Assembly (NCBI GenBank): GCA_036172245.1
Contig: JAYWIR010000002.1
Coordinates: 6,882,001-6,946,000 of the forward strand
DNA: 64,000 nucleotides
Source: Raillietiella orientalis
Taxonomy: Eukaryota
Reading direction: 5' to 3'
In this document: one piece after another, positions 38,380 through 51,085 of the stretch
Layout of the letters: every line of letters starts with the position of its first letter
Numbering within the stretch: the first letter of the stretch is position 1
Notes under the pieces: generated by a model
Database searches by the model: none
The model's input: only the letters and a program-made list of their open reading frames with translations
What the model was told of the DNA's origin: nothing
Position numbers and translations under genes: made by a program

Positions 38380-41049
38380 TAAAGGTTTTTGTCAAAATGG
38401 AAACTACTCTGCTGTATTGTTGTGAAAAATACCAGTCATAAAAACTTCTGGCTTGGACTTACGCTAGTAAGTTTTTTAAATATGCCTAGTTTTTGGATCA
38501 TAAACCGCCAATGGCTGTTTCCCACATATATCTAAGGAATGCTATTTTAACTATTTTCTGCAGACAAGACAAATTATTTCACTACAAATTTATACGTTCC
38601 ATATAAATTCAGAAGTCTCTTAAAAACCTGTTCCTTCCTTTTTTTGTTTTTTTTTTGCAACAGGAATGTGAACCTAGTGCACTACATATGGCAAAAAGTC
38701 ACTCAAGCATACAAGTCTTCAAAACGCAAATGGAGACCGCAAATGACAAATATTCTCACAGTAATCATCGCAGCATTTCGGTCCGCTTATACGTTGTTTG
38801 TACTTCTTGTAACTGTACAGAGGATTGAACTTTTCTTGTGTATTAATACCGTGCATGGATCGGATATTGATTTAATTGTCAATAAGCAAAAAGGTTTCGT
38901 CCAAACTGCGTGCTAATTGATAGGAGAACCGATACAATTAAACCACGGTAAACAATAAAATAAAATAAAACAAGGTGGGTAGAGACCCTCTGCATCTTTG
39001 CTTTGCATCATTCGTGTTGTTATTATCCTAAGAAACGAAAAAAACTACTTCATCATATTCCACAAAACATTCCGGCAAATGCTCGGCGAGCCCGGGAAGC
39101 ATTCGGTTCACGTGGGATGATGGACATGCAATATCCGTAGGCTTTCTGAAACGACTGCGTGTGCCGCGTAAGCAGGCTGCCATGTAAGGCACAAAAAGAT
39201 TTCGAAATATTTCCTGCGTGTACAAAAACATTATCACGAGAGCAGTAGAAAGTGTGGCAAAAAGTTCATGTCCTGTGCAAAACATGCATTCCGATGCCAG
39301 CAGGAAAAAAAAAGGCGTGTACAAGATAAGGTACTTGACTGTACCGTGATTCACCAATGTCATTTATAAGGTAGCCAACGCACGAGGACCTTTTTTCGTT
39401 TTTCGTTTTTTTTTTTCGTTTTTTTTTTTTTTACGTGCCCTCTTTCCATGTTTGAACGATGATTCTTAATCATTGAGCAATTTTATCAATTTGCGTTTAG
39501 TAAACCATAACCATTAGTGCAGCATTTTGAAATCAGTCCATTACTCGGCATTTACATGTCTATTACATCTATACACAAAAACACTGTAGTGGATTGACAT
39601 ATGGTGTGACTTCACAGGGTCATTAAAAAGTATATGGAATGTTATAAAATCAGTTTTCAGTATTAATAAATATGATTTTTAATCTCTCAGGCAGGAAATT
39701 CTCGTGCTTCAGTTTTTACGTCCACAAGTATACTCTAAGAGAAGTTAGATCTTTGGAGAAAAGCGTGATGAAAGCCTAAACGAGCACCACAAAATGGCGA
39801 TGTGTCTCCTCTAAATATGTTTTGATTCGTTTTCGAAGCCTTGCTGAAATAATCACATGTGTTAGCGATATGAATCCCCCCCCCCCCTCCCTGACTTGGT
39901 CCGTTTCTTGATCCTTCGATGGACAATATTTTCAGGGTCCTGTGCAAACGTTAGGATAAATATGTCTTCCGTTTAGGATGTTGCTGATCGGTTGAATATG
40001 GAAATATTTGAGTTTAAACTGTAATGGTCTCAAACAGTTCTGTCATCTGAATACAAAGATATTTCCTGTGTCGAAGATGTCACTTCAAGTGCGCGAATGA
40101 CCTGGTAAATTTACACCGAGGAAAAAACACTTTCCAAGAGCTGAAATTTGGTGTAGGGATTGTGTCACACCTCATATGGAATGCATCAGCGTACCATTCA
40201 GTCTCCAATTTTCCCGATTTTCCGCCCCTTGGAAACGAGGGTCTTACCGGTAAGAGTCACGGGACCTGCAGGAGCTACGTTTTGAGCTCTTCATAACCTC
40301 TTCCTCATTCTTGCACTTCTGTGCACAAGTGGCACCCGTCGTTGGAAGAAACGAAATCCGGGCTACGTGGTGGACGGGACAATAATTTTCAGAGCAGCTT
40401 GAGATGGTCTCTGTCACACAGTATGTGTCTTGAGCTCCTGTTCAGGAGGAAAGTATAAGAACATCTTGATTTTCCGTTCTGGTCGAGCTCATTTTATGTG
40501 CTTATGAGTGTCTGAGGGGCGATCTTAGCGGTCATTGTTTTTCAATTCTCGATGATGCTGGCCAGAAATCGCCTCCTCATGCCCAGAAGGCACTTGTCAT
40601 CACTTCCCTACTGGGAAGTTGTCTGGATCTTCCTCGGGCAAAGCTGCGTGAATGCCACTAAATGGATTGCAATCGCGTGAATACGTATTTTTGAAATTTA
40701 TGCATATTCCTCATAGTTTCTTGCTCAGCGATTGGGAGCTCGGAACCAGCCAGCTCTCTGTGAGACCTTCTCCGCCAGAAGCCATTTCCAACGACGACTG
40801 CACCCGACGGAATCTCCCGGGACGTTTATCGGAAGGGGAGAACTCTTTTGCGAATGATGGACTCCGATTCCATGTCTTTCGATGATTTCGCTGAGGAAGA
40901 AAACACACACGAAAAAAATATGCGTCAAGTGAAACTTATCGAGTGACATAAATCAAACTTACTTGTTAAAACAACCAAACTCACTTGTCCCAAATATCTC
41001 AATAAGTAATTCAGCTCATGGAACTTTGAAAAGTTTCAGTTTTTGTTCC

Positions 41050-43630
41050 TATGGAACAGGTACCGGGAAACCAGAAATTCTGCAACTCGTCTGCCTGCGG
41101 TGACTGTGGTTGTGATTTACGACGACTGAGATTAATAATTTACGATGATCACAATGAAACTCGAGAAATAGGCACTGCTCGGGACTAAATCGCGTTTTCC
41201 AGTAACCAAGTCGCAAGAGTAATTGAAGTAATGAGCCAAAAGGACGTATGCCTACGATTTGTTGCAATTATGAAGTAACGAGCTCAGGAAAAAATAATGC
41301 GTGTTGTAATGCAGCCTGGACTCTGAAGAAAAAGCTTTTTGAAAGCCTTAATATTTGCATATTTCTCGATCTTTCTCGATTTCACTTTGCTATGATTCAC
41401 GCAGTTCGCTGTTGGCAAGAACCGTTCGAAGTTCTTCCATACATCGGAGGTACTTGGCGGCAGTCCTTGGTACGTTCCGAACCGCTGTAGATACGGGCGG
41501 CGTTGAGGAAACCTGGTCGCGGTGGTTACCACTGGTCCACGTGCTCGGCATTCCTCAGGCTTCGAGATTCCATTCCTTCTATCAGAGGGCTTCGTGCTTC
41601 AGCTGGGGAATTCCCCACGAAAGTAGACAGAAACGACGCCACGTTTCGCTAATGGAATGCAATGGGGAAGAATTTTTTCTTCCAGTCGTCCCCACCAGCA
41701 GCAAAATGTTATATGATACGCAATTTTCGTAATCACCTCTGGGGATGACATGCAAATGCTCTTAGCCCCGACGCTCACAAAGACGAGAAAATGATCGAAT
41801 CCTAATTTTTCAATACACCTGCATACCCGGGAGAAAAAATTGGGAGGATGGTAGCAAAATCGAAGGCAAGGCTCGGAAGAGGTGGTGTTTGCTTTCGTTT
41901 TTGCGATTGATCCCAATGAGAACTCCTCTGCAACGGCCAGCATAACAGCGTTCTTCTTATAGACACACACATTTAATATGAGACGGAATGGAAACATTGG
42001 TTTTGAAATTTTCAAACAAAATAGCAAGCCAGCTATATGTATATACATACATACATATACACAGTTGGAATACTGTTGAGGCTCAATTGTGACTCGCTTC
42101 CGCCAGTTTTTGCGTAGAGAAACAAAATGGAAGAAGAAAAAAAAAAACTCTCTACACTAGGAGCACAAAGAGTCCTTAGGAGCGTACTAAGACAGAAAAT
42201 TCGTTTGCGTACCATTTATACCTTCCGTGGAAAGGTGAATTTCTAAGGCGCGGCCACCGCCGTCTCAACAGTTTGCTTCTTTCCCGGCAACTTTCACTAA
42301 TGAAGAACTGATGTGCGGCCCTGAATCACACGGTTGCGATTTCGGAAAATGCTCCCGGAGCGTCTCAGAGCTCAAGAAAATGAGCGTCTTGGAAATCCCT
42401 AAACGAGATCTTCCGCCATTTCTTCGCTGACGGCAAGGCATCTCCCGACTTGCGTTTTTTAATGTGGATTTCGGGGCAGTCAGCGAGTGGTTCTTTGGGA
42501 TGTTTTTATTCCAGACGGTGATGCTTCCGCAGATCCTGGAGGGCAATTGGGTCACCTGCAACCCATGATGGAATGCTGCAAACTGATCTCGGGATAAGAA
42601 CGCCGGTGTGGTTCTCTCGGATGCTGTTGGCTATGTAGCGACTAGAAAGTGGAAATTTTTTTTTATTCAAGACTTCCATCAACTCACATGGAATCGGCGG
42701 TGACGACAAAGTGAAGCACCGTGCTCAACAGCATCGCGGAGATCCAGGACCTTCGAACGTCGAAGACCTTCTAAATGACGCGGAAATGGGCAAGCGCACA
42801 CTGCGTTATGGTAGTTGCGGAAGAGGAACCAACTTTTTTTTTTTTTTTTTTTTAATCCCGAACTGTGCATTTGAAACACTTCTTTCCCCTTCCCCCTTTC
42901 CTCCATAAAATGCAAAGTATTAAACGAATTTCCGTAACGAATGTGATGCCGAGGAGAGTCCACGGTTCATCCACGGACACGGACGTACGCATCAGAGAAG
43001 TATGGCATTCTTCTTCTTTGCACTGCTGCTTCGGCTTGCGAATTCGGTTCTCAAGATCCGATTCCTCTGCGTGCCCTTCGCCGGTAGTGTTTTCACGGTG
43101 TTTTGGGATTCCATCTCGAAACCTCCGCACGTACCTCGAAGTTTTTGCTGCCTGGCCCTTGAAGGATCTCGGGTTTTCATCAGTGAACTCTTCAGCGAAT
43201 CGTCCTTCGTTTAGACTGTGGATTAAAATTCCATTAAATTGAAGGAATTTTATTGATTGTCCGCGATACTGTTAATGCCGAAGTTCAAAAAGATTTTTTT
43301 AATGGCTTTCCAAATTCCTGAATGAGGCCCTCGTACACTCGGAGCACTTTCGAGAGGCATCGGCTGTTTCCGATTCTGATTTTGGTACAGAGTTCCAAGC
43401 ATTCTTCCACGCATCGTGAAACGTTTTTTTGTGTACAAATCCCGCATGCCTCTACCCAACAGCATGCGTGTCATCTGATCGATCCCAAATCTCGGGCCGA
43501 TGACTTGACCTGGAAGACTGCGCCATGCCGAGAGTTGGCCACAGGTTGTTCAACGAATTCGCCTTTATTGTGGAAGGAGTCGTGACGCTTGTGTGGCAGA
43601 AAAGGTTCGCTGCGGTGGTCCACGATGACT
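41050..43630 (-). mobile_element. RLE-type non-LTR retrotransposon remnant (NeSL/Utopia-like)
   Basis: RT: EPFLPHK, SARDLGSI, RDLYTK...RKQPMPLES and NGG..LGI. Zinc knuckle: EEKILPHC. RLE: RRPYL...SDVWKNFE...KIEKYANI and ITLATWLLEN. Confidence 0.7.
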
Positions 43631-43631
43631 G

Positions 43632-44270
43632 TCACCTGGTCATGCCGGGGCATTTATTACGTAAAGTAATAAAAATACATTTTTATGGTAGAACAGTAGG
43701 TTCTGCCACGTGCATGGAACCCACCTAAGAGCGGTGAGCAAACCGGCGACAAGATAATCACAATGAAACTCGAGAAATAGGCACTGCTCGGGACTGAAAC
43801 GCGTTTTCCAGTAACCACATCGCAAGAGTAATTGAAGTAATGAGCCCAAATGACCAGGTTAGGGGAAAACAAACAAAACAGGGAAGAGGAAATTTTACAA
43901 GGAGGAGAGGGAGGGAGGGGATCACAGTACGCTGCCCGGCGTCCTCTGCATCCTGTTCAGGATGCTGGAAAATTCCGTCCGTATAGCGTCCAGGAGGGTC
44001 ACTTCGAGGCGTTCCTGAGGAAGATCCGCGCCCAGTGGATGGCGTCCCTGCCATTTCGGCCTCTCCTTCCCGCGTTCCAGGCCGTCGTCGTGATCCCGCG
44101 AAGACGGCAGAGGACTGCGAAGGACGCGGCTGGAGGCAGTGCGGCACTGCGTGCGAAGAGGCGTCTGAAAATGTCCTTGGGGCCTCCCACCTGGATTCCC
44201 AGTGTCTTCGCGAGGCGATTCCAAAAAGGTCGGAGGGCAGTACAGTCCAACAGCAGGTGCGGGATGATTA
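43632..44270 (-). mobile_element. Tx1/L1-like LINE 3-prime fragment (ORF2 end + 3-prime UTR), copy 2
   Basis: PHLLLDCTALRPFWNRL (zf-RVT HxxxxC...FW) continuing to GRDAIHWARIFL. The UTR ends AATAAATGCCCCGGCATGACCAGGTGA. Homologous to 51700-52240. Confidence 0.75.
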
Positions 44271-44500
44271 TCACCCGGTTATGCCGGGGCATTTATTACT
44301 TAAAGTAATAAAAATACATTGGTGTGGTAGAACCGTCGGTTCTGCCACGAGCAATGAACCTGCCGAGGAGCGGGGCGCAGACCGGCGAGGTCCGCTTCGG
44401 CAGCATGGGGACGGGGAAACAAAACAAAGAAATAAACAAACAAAGCGGAGGAGGGGGATTTATACAGGGGGAAGAGGGGCAGCAGATGCGGGATGATGGA
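44271..44500 (-). mobile_element. Tx1/L1-like LINE 3-prime UTR-only stub, copy 1
   Basis: Clearly homologous to the copy 2 UTR. Ends AATAAATGCCCCGGCATAACCGGGTGA directly abutting copy 2. Confidence 0.7.
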
Positions 44501-44589
44501 AATCCCTTGGGCTCCTTCTGTTTTCGCTGCTTTCCTTCCAGGCTTTCCTTTTTCTTTTTGGTTAACAAGCGCAGAGGAACCGTTCGCAT

Positions 44590-46860
44590 CCTTAGAGGGG
44601 GACTCACGAAGCTCTTTGACGCTGTCCACGTCACCCGGGGGTGCATGTTCACTTTTCAGGTTAGGGGAGTAACCCCGGAGGGACCACCACCCCATGAATC
44701 CAGGAAGGCTCCGGAGGAAGGAGTGTCCATTCCTTCCACGCTGATCTCCGCGCAAGGCATCTACGCTTCGAAAGTGCCAGCGAGGAGCAGAGGAGTAGCA
44801 GGTCTTGGCAGCGGGGAGTGTGGTTGAGGAGCAGCTTCCAGCTCCCCACGGAGCAAGCGAGATTCTCGTTTTGCACGTCGCAGCGTCAGCACGAGGTGGT
44901 GCCGAGGACGCAGCGCTTGTTCTCAACGAGCAGATGTGCTTTGGCGGAGTTCCGCACCAAAAAGATCTGGCAGTTGCCCGCGTGGCTGCAGTCCACGTGC
45001 GCACGGCACCTGACGTCGCGGGTTCGAATCCCACCGGAGGTAGGATCGATGACGCCCCGAGAAATGGGTGCGTTGTGGGTTTCGATTACCCACCCACCCA
45101 CAGGATGACGCCAGTTGGCCTCGGTTGGCTTCGGGTGAGGCACTGGTCGAAGTTGGATGCCCCCCCTTAGTTGGCCTCCAGGACTGGGAGTCGACTTTCC
45201 GGGGTCCTTCCAGGACATCAAGGAGCCCTTCCGGGTTCCCTTCCCGCTGTGAAAGTGGAGTCGTCGTCCCCTCGGGGGAGAACCCTCATCGAGTACCATG
45301 GAGTTGGTGACCTCTCCAGAGTGTTAAAAAGCGCGTTGCCCCCTTCACGGAAATTTGGAAACGTCCTTTGGGGGTTCTCCTCAGAGGAGGAGCAAACTAA
45401 GGGCGGTTCCTTTGCGGATTCCCTCCGGAGGAGAAACGAGGAGTGCCTCCCCCTCTGGAGAGTCCCTCCGGAGGAGAAACGAGGAAGGGGTTCCCCTCGG
45501 AGACGACTAGGATGGAGGGTTCTCTTCGGGGTTCGCTCCCAAGTGTGAGAGGAACAGACTCCTCCCACCATCATAGTCCGTTCCGTTGGGGGACTTCTGT
45601 GCCGCAAAAGTCTGGTCCAGCCGTCTCCAAAAGGTAGAGATGCCGCTCGGCTAGTTCCAGAACGGAGAGTTCTGCTTGCCGGAAACGGACCGCGGTGTGG
45701 AACGCGTCTGCGGCCTCCCTCCTCTTCCCCCTACTTTTTGTTTCTTCCGCCTCACCTGACGTCAAGGGGAAGACCAAAAATCTCCTGAGGAAAGCCCTGT
45801 GGGGCATAGGGAGGCCCAGAGTCCGGCTGAAAGACTTGTGTGCTTCACGTAAGGATGGCGTACTGGAGAGGAGGAGAGGATGGAGCGTCAGCTCCGATTC
45901 GGAAGACTCGCCCTCGCGGCGAGATGATAGACCATGCCCTGGTGCGCACCAGCACGCCTCCTCGCAAAGAGCACAACAGGCTGCCAAAGACTTGCGTCCC
46001 TTCTCGTCTCCCGAGAGAGACTGCTGAAGCGTTGCGGATGCCAACTCCACCAGATGGTTTCCCTGGTGGAGGAGAACACGTGGATCTCCTGCCTCCCCTC
46101 AAACTGCACAGCAACCTGACTCCGGGAGTCCCGGCCTCCCATGGGGAAAGACCCACGGCGCGAGTGAGGCGGGGTGCGGCTGCCTGCATCGAGACATCGA
46201 TGCTCGCGAGTCGCTGGAGGAAAGCATCCGCAACTCGCAGAGGATGTTGTGGGCCTCGTCTACCCCCCTTGCTCTACTGCTGTCCTCCCTAAGGGACACA
46301 AGGAACAGCGTAATCCCAGCAAGGTAAGAAGAAACTTGCTGCAGGCAGCAAAGAAGGAAGTATCGGGAATATGGACAACTCGGGAAGTGACGAACGCTGA
46401 GATCCCGAGTGTCCCACCTCAAGGACTCTTTCGCTGAGGAGAGCTGCTCGAAGTCCCTCCGGAGGAAGTGAAGTGTCCTCCAAAGTGCTGGAACAGTGGC
46501 GCCCTCCCCCTCAAATGGCAGGAGTTGGCGTTGCTGTTGATGCATGGGAGAATCGCATGCGAAGCGCGCTTTCGCCACTGGACACGTGGGAGCGTGGACG
46601 TTCAGTGCGGCCGGTGAGGGAGGAAGGAGATCCTCCCGCACCTGCTGTTGGACTGTGCTCCAGGAGGTGGGACATCTGACTGAAGTCAGAGCCATAATCG
46701 TAGGTTCGTTAGGAACCTGGGATCCGGGAAACGATGCAGTTTCTTTGCGAGATCGGCATCCCGCAAGTGTGCGCAGAAAAAAAATGAGGCATCTGATTGT
46801 GGCCTCCTGCATACAACACAGTAGGGATACTTACTGGACGCACCGTCTTGACCACCCTCC
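44590..46860 (+). mobile_element. RLE-type non-LTR retrotransposon remnant (NeSL/Utopia-like)
   Basis: LTKLFDAV, GASEILVL...MCFGGVPH (GCxEH...AFGSVPH), EYHGV, VDLLPPL, and C-terminal AIIVGSLGTWDPGND...MRHLIVASCIQHSRDTYWTH. Confidence 0.75.
46430..46656 (+). mobile_element. Tx1/L1 zf-RVT fragment embedded in the RLE element
   Basis: KCWNSGALPLKWQELALLLMHGRIACEARFRHWTRGSVDVQCGR*GRKEILPHLLLDC is a typical L1/Tx1 C-terminal CCHC region. Confidence 0.7.
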
Positions 46861-46995
46861 GGACGACGCCATGAAGAAAAAGGAAGAGGAAAGAGAAGCA
46901 AATTACAAATAATTAGATGATGGAGCCAGCGATGGTAGATACGGCTGAGCCCTCCCCTTCATTCCTTGTAATTCCTGTAAAAGTTAATAGAAATA

Positions 46996-47305
46996 CAGTG
47001 GTACCTCGTTACTCGCGGTGTCGGAACTCGTCAAAAATGCTTCGACACTCGGCGCATGCTCGGAACTCGACACCGCGACGGAACAAGCGAACGCTTTCGT
47101 CTCACGCGAACAGTGCCAGCGAATACTTCCATAGAGTGCCTCCCGAATCGTTTCCCTTTTTCGTGCTCTCTGAGCATTTCTGTGCGTTGATCATGGGTCC
47201 TACACTGGTTAAAAATGATACCACCGAGCCTAGAAAGGAACTCGTTGGGTACTCGTCGGTTTCGGCACTCGTCACGAATTGCCGACGAGTACCGAGGTAC
47301 CGCTG
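46996..47305. mobile_element. pogo/Tigger-type MITE
   Basis: TIRs CAGTGGTACCTCGTTACTCG and CGAGTACCGAGGTACCGCTG match at 18/20, with TA on both sides. Subterminal CGGxACTCG repeats are present. Confidence 0.85.
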
Positions 47306-47429
47306 TATTATCATAGGCCAGTAGTGACGAGCTTCCCATGAGGTCGCTGCTGGCCTTTTTTTTTTAAAAAAAAAAAACAAAAAACAAATCCTGCAGTGGT
47401 TTAATTCAAATCTTTTATGCACTGGAGAA

Positions 47430-49150
47430 TCGTCTACGTAAAAGATTCACCGCCGAGAATTCGAGCGATTGGGTTGAAGAGAGACGCTGCAGGACGCAGA
47501 CTCGCAGAGGGGGGGGGCATCACGGATCGAAAATTTCCATATCGCAAGCGCGCAAACACGCGGGTCATCGAGCTTCAACAGACCAATGCGGTAGGCGGAA
47601 CAGCCAGACAAGACCGAAGGCGATTCCAGCACTCTTCCTTGGATTTCCGTGGGTCTCGTGAGGTTGGGGTGCGATGCGATGATGCAAGAATCTTCGATGT
47701 TCGCCGGGAAGCCGTCGCTGACAACCGCCGGTGTTGGCAGACCTCAGAGCGGGTTCCCGGATCCCTTCACTGGATCACCTACCGAAAAAGACAGGGTTCA
47801 CTCTTTGGCCTCATTCCCTCCTCGCGAGAGGGAATCCCGCGCGACTGTTCACGTTTGCGCGACTTGCAGCTGAACGCACACTCATCTTCCGCATCCTAAG
47901 GGTTCCGTCTCGTCTTTGGACCGCCACATTCTCCGAATAACATCAACCTAATCAACGCTTTTTGTTTGGAAAGTGCTCTCACGAAAAGCCATCACTCTTG
48001 ATTATCCGTTTCCCGATCAACATAAATCAGAGGACGCGCGGTGCGCTGAGCGCCCGCGAGTCGAAACACCGCTGCGGAGCATAAAATCGAATCATCCGGG
48101 AGCAGCGAGCATCCAGGATCGGTAGCGAAGTGAAAAGGATGCCGAGGGAGGAAGGGGCCATCCCAAGTCTGGGGCGAAACTGCTGCGGGAAAATTATCGT
48201 CCCCGGACGATCCGGAGAGACCGGTTCCTCGTGCGTCTCCACGCTTTCGAAGTGTGGGCTCTTTGAAGGAGGATCTGCGGCCGAACTTCGAAGCTGGCTG
48301 TTGACCTGACCAACCGAGCACGCGTGTTTTTAATGAGGAACGGGAAGGGGGGGGACGGCGCGCGGCTCAGCTCGGTGTCTGCTCGGAAACGGCAATGTTT
48401 GTTTACGAATCGTCGAGATCCGAGGATCAAACAATCTGTTTACCGTCGTCCATGGCAACGGCAGTGTTTAAATGGGGATCACGTTTTGGAGTGCACTTTG
48501 CCGTTCCGCTGGTACAGGAAGAGAGAATTTCGTGTTGTAAACGAAAGGAAGGAGCAGAGAGTTTGTGAGCGTTCCCCCGATCCGTCCGTTCGCGCGCAGC
48601 CAGAAAGTGTTCCCTCGGAGGAGGAAGAGAGGAAAGAGCGTCCCCTGCGTTGCTTTTATCGGAATTCCGGTCGAGGAACGCACAGAGGCAGCCCCATCCT
48701 CTCGCACTGGAGCTGCGCCCGGTTTTCCAGCGTTTTCAATCTCGTGGAGCATCTTCTCTGGACCGCGACTGACAAGCTGTTGCGTCCCTGTCATCCGCAT
48801 CCTGCCTGATCTGCACACAGGTTGTTTGGGTCGCACGCCTCGCAACCAGCGCTTACTTGATGTTCCAATTACAGATGTTCTCCATGAAACGCGAAGATCG
48901 TTCTCCGCCCTTCGTTTCGATTTAGCGGCCTCAGAGCGCCGAGAAAAACAATCTGCATCCCTTCCAGTGTTTCGGAAGAGATACAGATTGCTGGAAGTGG
49001 CAACATTGGGAAACCAGGGATACGCAGACCGCGTCTTCTGTATCTTCATTAACCGTACTACAAGCGAGTGCTTTGTCCCGTAGTTCTCTGACTGATGTTT
49101 GTGCTGAACGCGCATCTGCATGCTGAGGCGTTTCTCCTTCTCCATTGACC
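47430..49150 (-). mobile_element. APE-type LINE RT remnant (jockey/CR1/I-like, uncertain)
   Basis: AYPWFP, STGIPIK, VPAERQSALQNVIPI, QPASKFGRRSS and GLLKLDDPRVC, in RT order. Confidence 0.45.
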
Positions 49151-49538
49151 CCTAAGCAACAAGCGGGAGCGACGTTTTTGCCTTTTTTTCTTTTGCCGGA
49201 TTAAGTTGTGCTTCTTTCCTTCCAAACTCTTCGATCAGCAAGCGTCGGCACCGTCGGTAACCCAGGACGTTTCTGTAACTTGCAAGGGGAATTGTCTGTT
49301 TGTCTTCTGCTCTGCTTCTAAGGATCGTCGTGATGGAAATGCTGATTTTTGTGTCAAGAGAACTGGATTCGTTCCCACGTCCCGAACATTTGCAGTCACT
49401 CATTCTTTTCGAATGATTCATACGGATTCGTCTTGTTCACTTTCCAAGAGCTTCTCGGAAGGTCGAACTGAATAGGAAACGGAACCGGTTTTTTTTTTGT
49501 TTTTTTCGCTTGCACACGCTCGCTGTGGGAAGTCTCCA

Positions 49539-49799
49539 GGAGTTGGATCCTGTTGGGAAAACTTTCGTGATTTACCGTTTACGCTGTAGACAAAAGCAAC
49601 AACAGCAAAAAAGACTTTCTTCGAGACTTTTCTCCACGCCATCTCACCTCAAACACGCGCATCTCCAATTAATCTGAGAGAACTCCGCGAGATGGTGCAG
49701 AGGTAGCTTTTTCTTCCCACGCTCCCCAAAAGAAAACAAGGAAAGAAAACGTTTCTTCTTTCGCTCTTTCCGTTCGTCGTGATCTTCATCGAAAATCGA
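49539..49799 (+). repeat. ~260-bp direct repeat, copy A
   Basis: Shares long identical blocks (TACCGTTTACGCTGTAGACAAAA, TCTCCACGCCATCTCACCTCAAACAC, GAACTCCGCGAGATGGTGCAGAGGTAG, GATCTTCATCGAAAATCGA) with 50823-51085. Confidence 0.9.
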
Positions 49800-50299
49800 A
49801 CGCCTGGAAGAGGGAAGGAGCTCGCTCGTCACCACGGTGGAACGTTGCGGTTTCAACGAGCTCTTCGCCATCGGAACGACCTCCTCCCGAACACAACAGG
49901 ATGATGAGTCTCTCTTCTCTCTCTCCCCTCTCTCTCGCTGTTGCCCTCTCGCGAGCGTGGCATCCGACATCCGTTCTCCTGCGTTGCGAGCAAGTGGCAG
50001 CAAAAAAAGGCGACGTCGAGCGACGCGCGTCGTGGAGGCAGAGGCCGCCGCCACTTCCCGGTTTCGAGCAGTCGAGTAGTCCCCGAAACTTCGTGGACAA
50101 CCGAGCTTCCCTTCCTCCTCGTTCCCGGCCTCCTGGGGATTTCGTGCTCGGATGCTGACCTCCTCGCAGACCGAAGCGGCGGCGCCTGCGGGCTCCCTCC
50201 TCGCGCCATGATGCCGTCAGACTTCGAGCTTCCTTGGAGCATGCATTCCCGAACGAGGAGGGCGCGTTCCGCCCGGCCACGAGAGCTTTCTTGGGTGCT

Positions 50300-50760
50300 C
50301 CGCAGCCCGAGGGCAAGGGCAAGGGTGCTTTCGCCGCTCCCCACCGTTCGCGAGCCGACACCCGCCGCCGGCGCCTTGCGGCTCCGGAAGGCGGGCAGCG
50401 GTCTCGCGGGGACAGTTGCCAGCGGCGCGGGTGGACGCGGAATTCCGGCACGCGCGCCGTGAGGCGATAAGGGCCCACACCGGGCTGCAATGCTCGCTTT
50501 CCGTTGCTCAGGAGACGGAAGGGGCTTCCGGGGCGGCCGGCCTTCCCCGTCTCCGGCACGCGACCGCGGGTGACCCGAATCGGCGGGGGAAAGTTTCCCC
50601 GAAGGAGCAGGCACGTGGCGCCGCACCACATGCTCTTTCGGGATGGTTCGCCGCCAACTTTTCAAGGGTTGGCAGCCGCCGCCCGGTCACGCCGGCGTGT
50701 TTGGTTTACCTGCAGCACGCGAAGTGCACGCGCAGGCAGGCAAAAACCAGCGGGAAGGGT
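50300..50760 (-). mobile_element. Non-LTR RT fragment
   Basis: LPTLEKLA followed by MWCGATCLLLRGNFPPPIRVTRGRVPETG...SPFRLL (i.e. xRGVxQGxPxSP-like). Confidence 0.4.
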
Positions 50761-50822
50761 AACTTCCCGCAGAGCGCGGTGCAGAGGAACTCCTCCCGGC
50801 AGCGCGGTCTTGCATCTGCGAG

Positions 50823-51085
50823 GGAGTTGGATGCGGTTGGGAGAACTCCCGAGATCTACCGTTTACGCTGTAGACAAAAAAAAGAAAGAAAGAAAGAGAG
50901 GTCTTCTTTTGAGACTTTTCTCTCCACGCCATCTCACCTCAAACACACGCGTCTCCGATTAATCTAAGCGAACTCCGCGAGATGGTGCAGAGGTAGTTTT
51001 TTTTCCTGACGCTCCAAAAAAAAAAGGAAAGAAAACTTTTCTTCTTTTGCTTTTTCCGTTAGTCACGATCTTCATCGAAAATCGA
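50823..51085 (+). repeat. ~260-bp direct repeat, copy B
   Basis: Second copy of 49539-49799. Confidence 0.9.

Noticed and set aside
46430..46620. TGA at positions where Trp or Cys is expected, suggesting a variant code or selenocysteine
   Set aside because: These are single-base nonsense changes in dead elements. TGA is the normal stop of TMEM41A and of the microprotein gene.
47396..47415. GGTTTAATT resembling the start of nematode SL1
   Set aside because: Only 9 nt match, with no donor site or Sm motif.
49539..51085. Interpretation of the 260-bp repeats as LTRs
   Set aside because: No TG...CA termini, PBS, PPT or TSD, and the interior is non-LTR RT-like.
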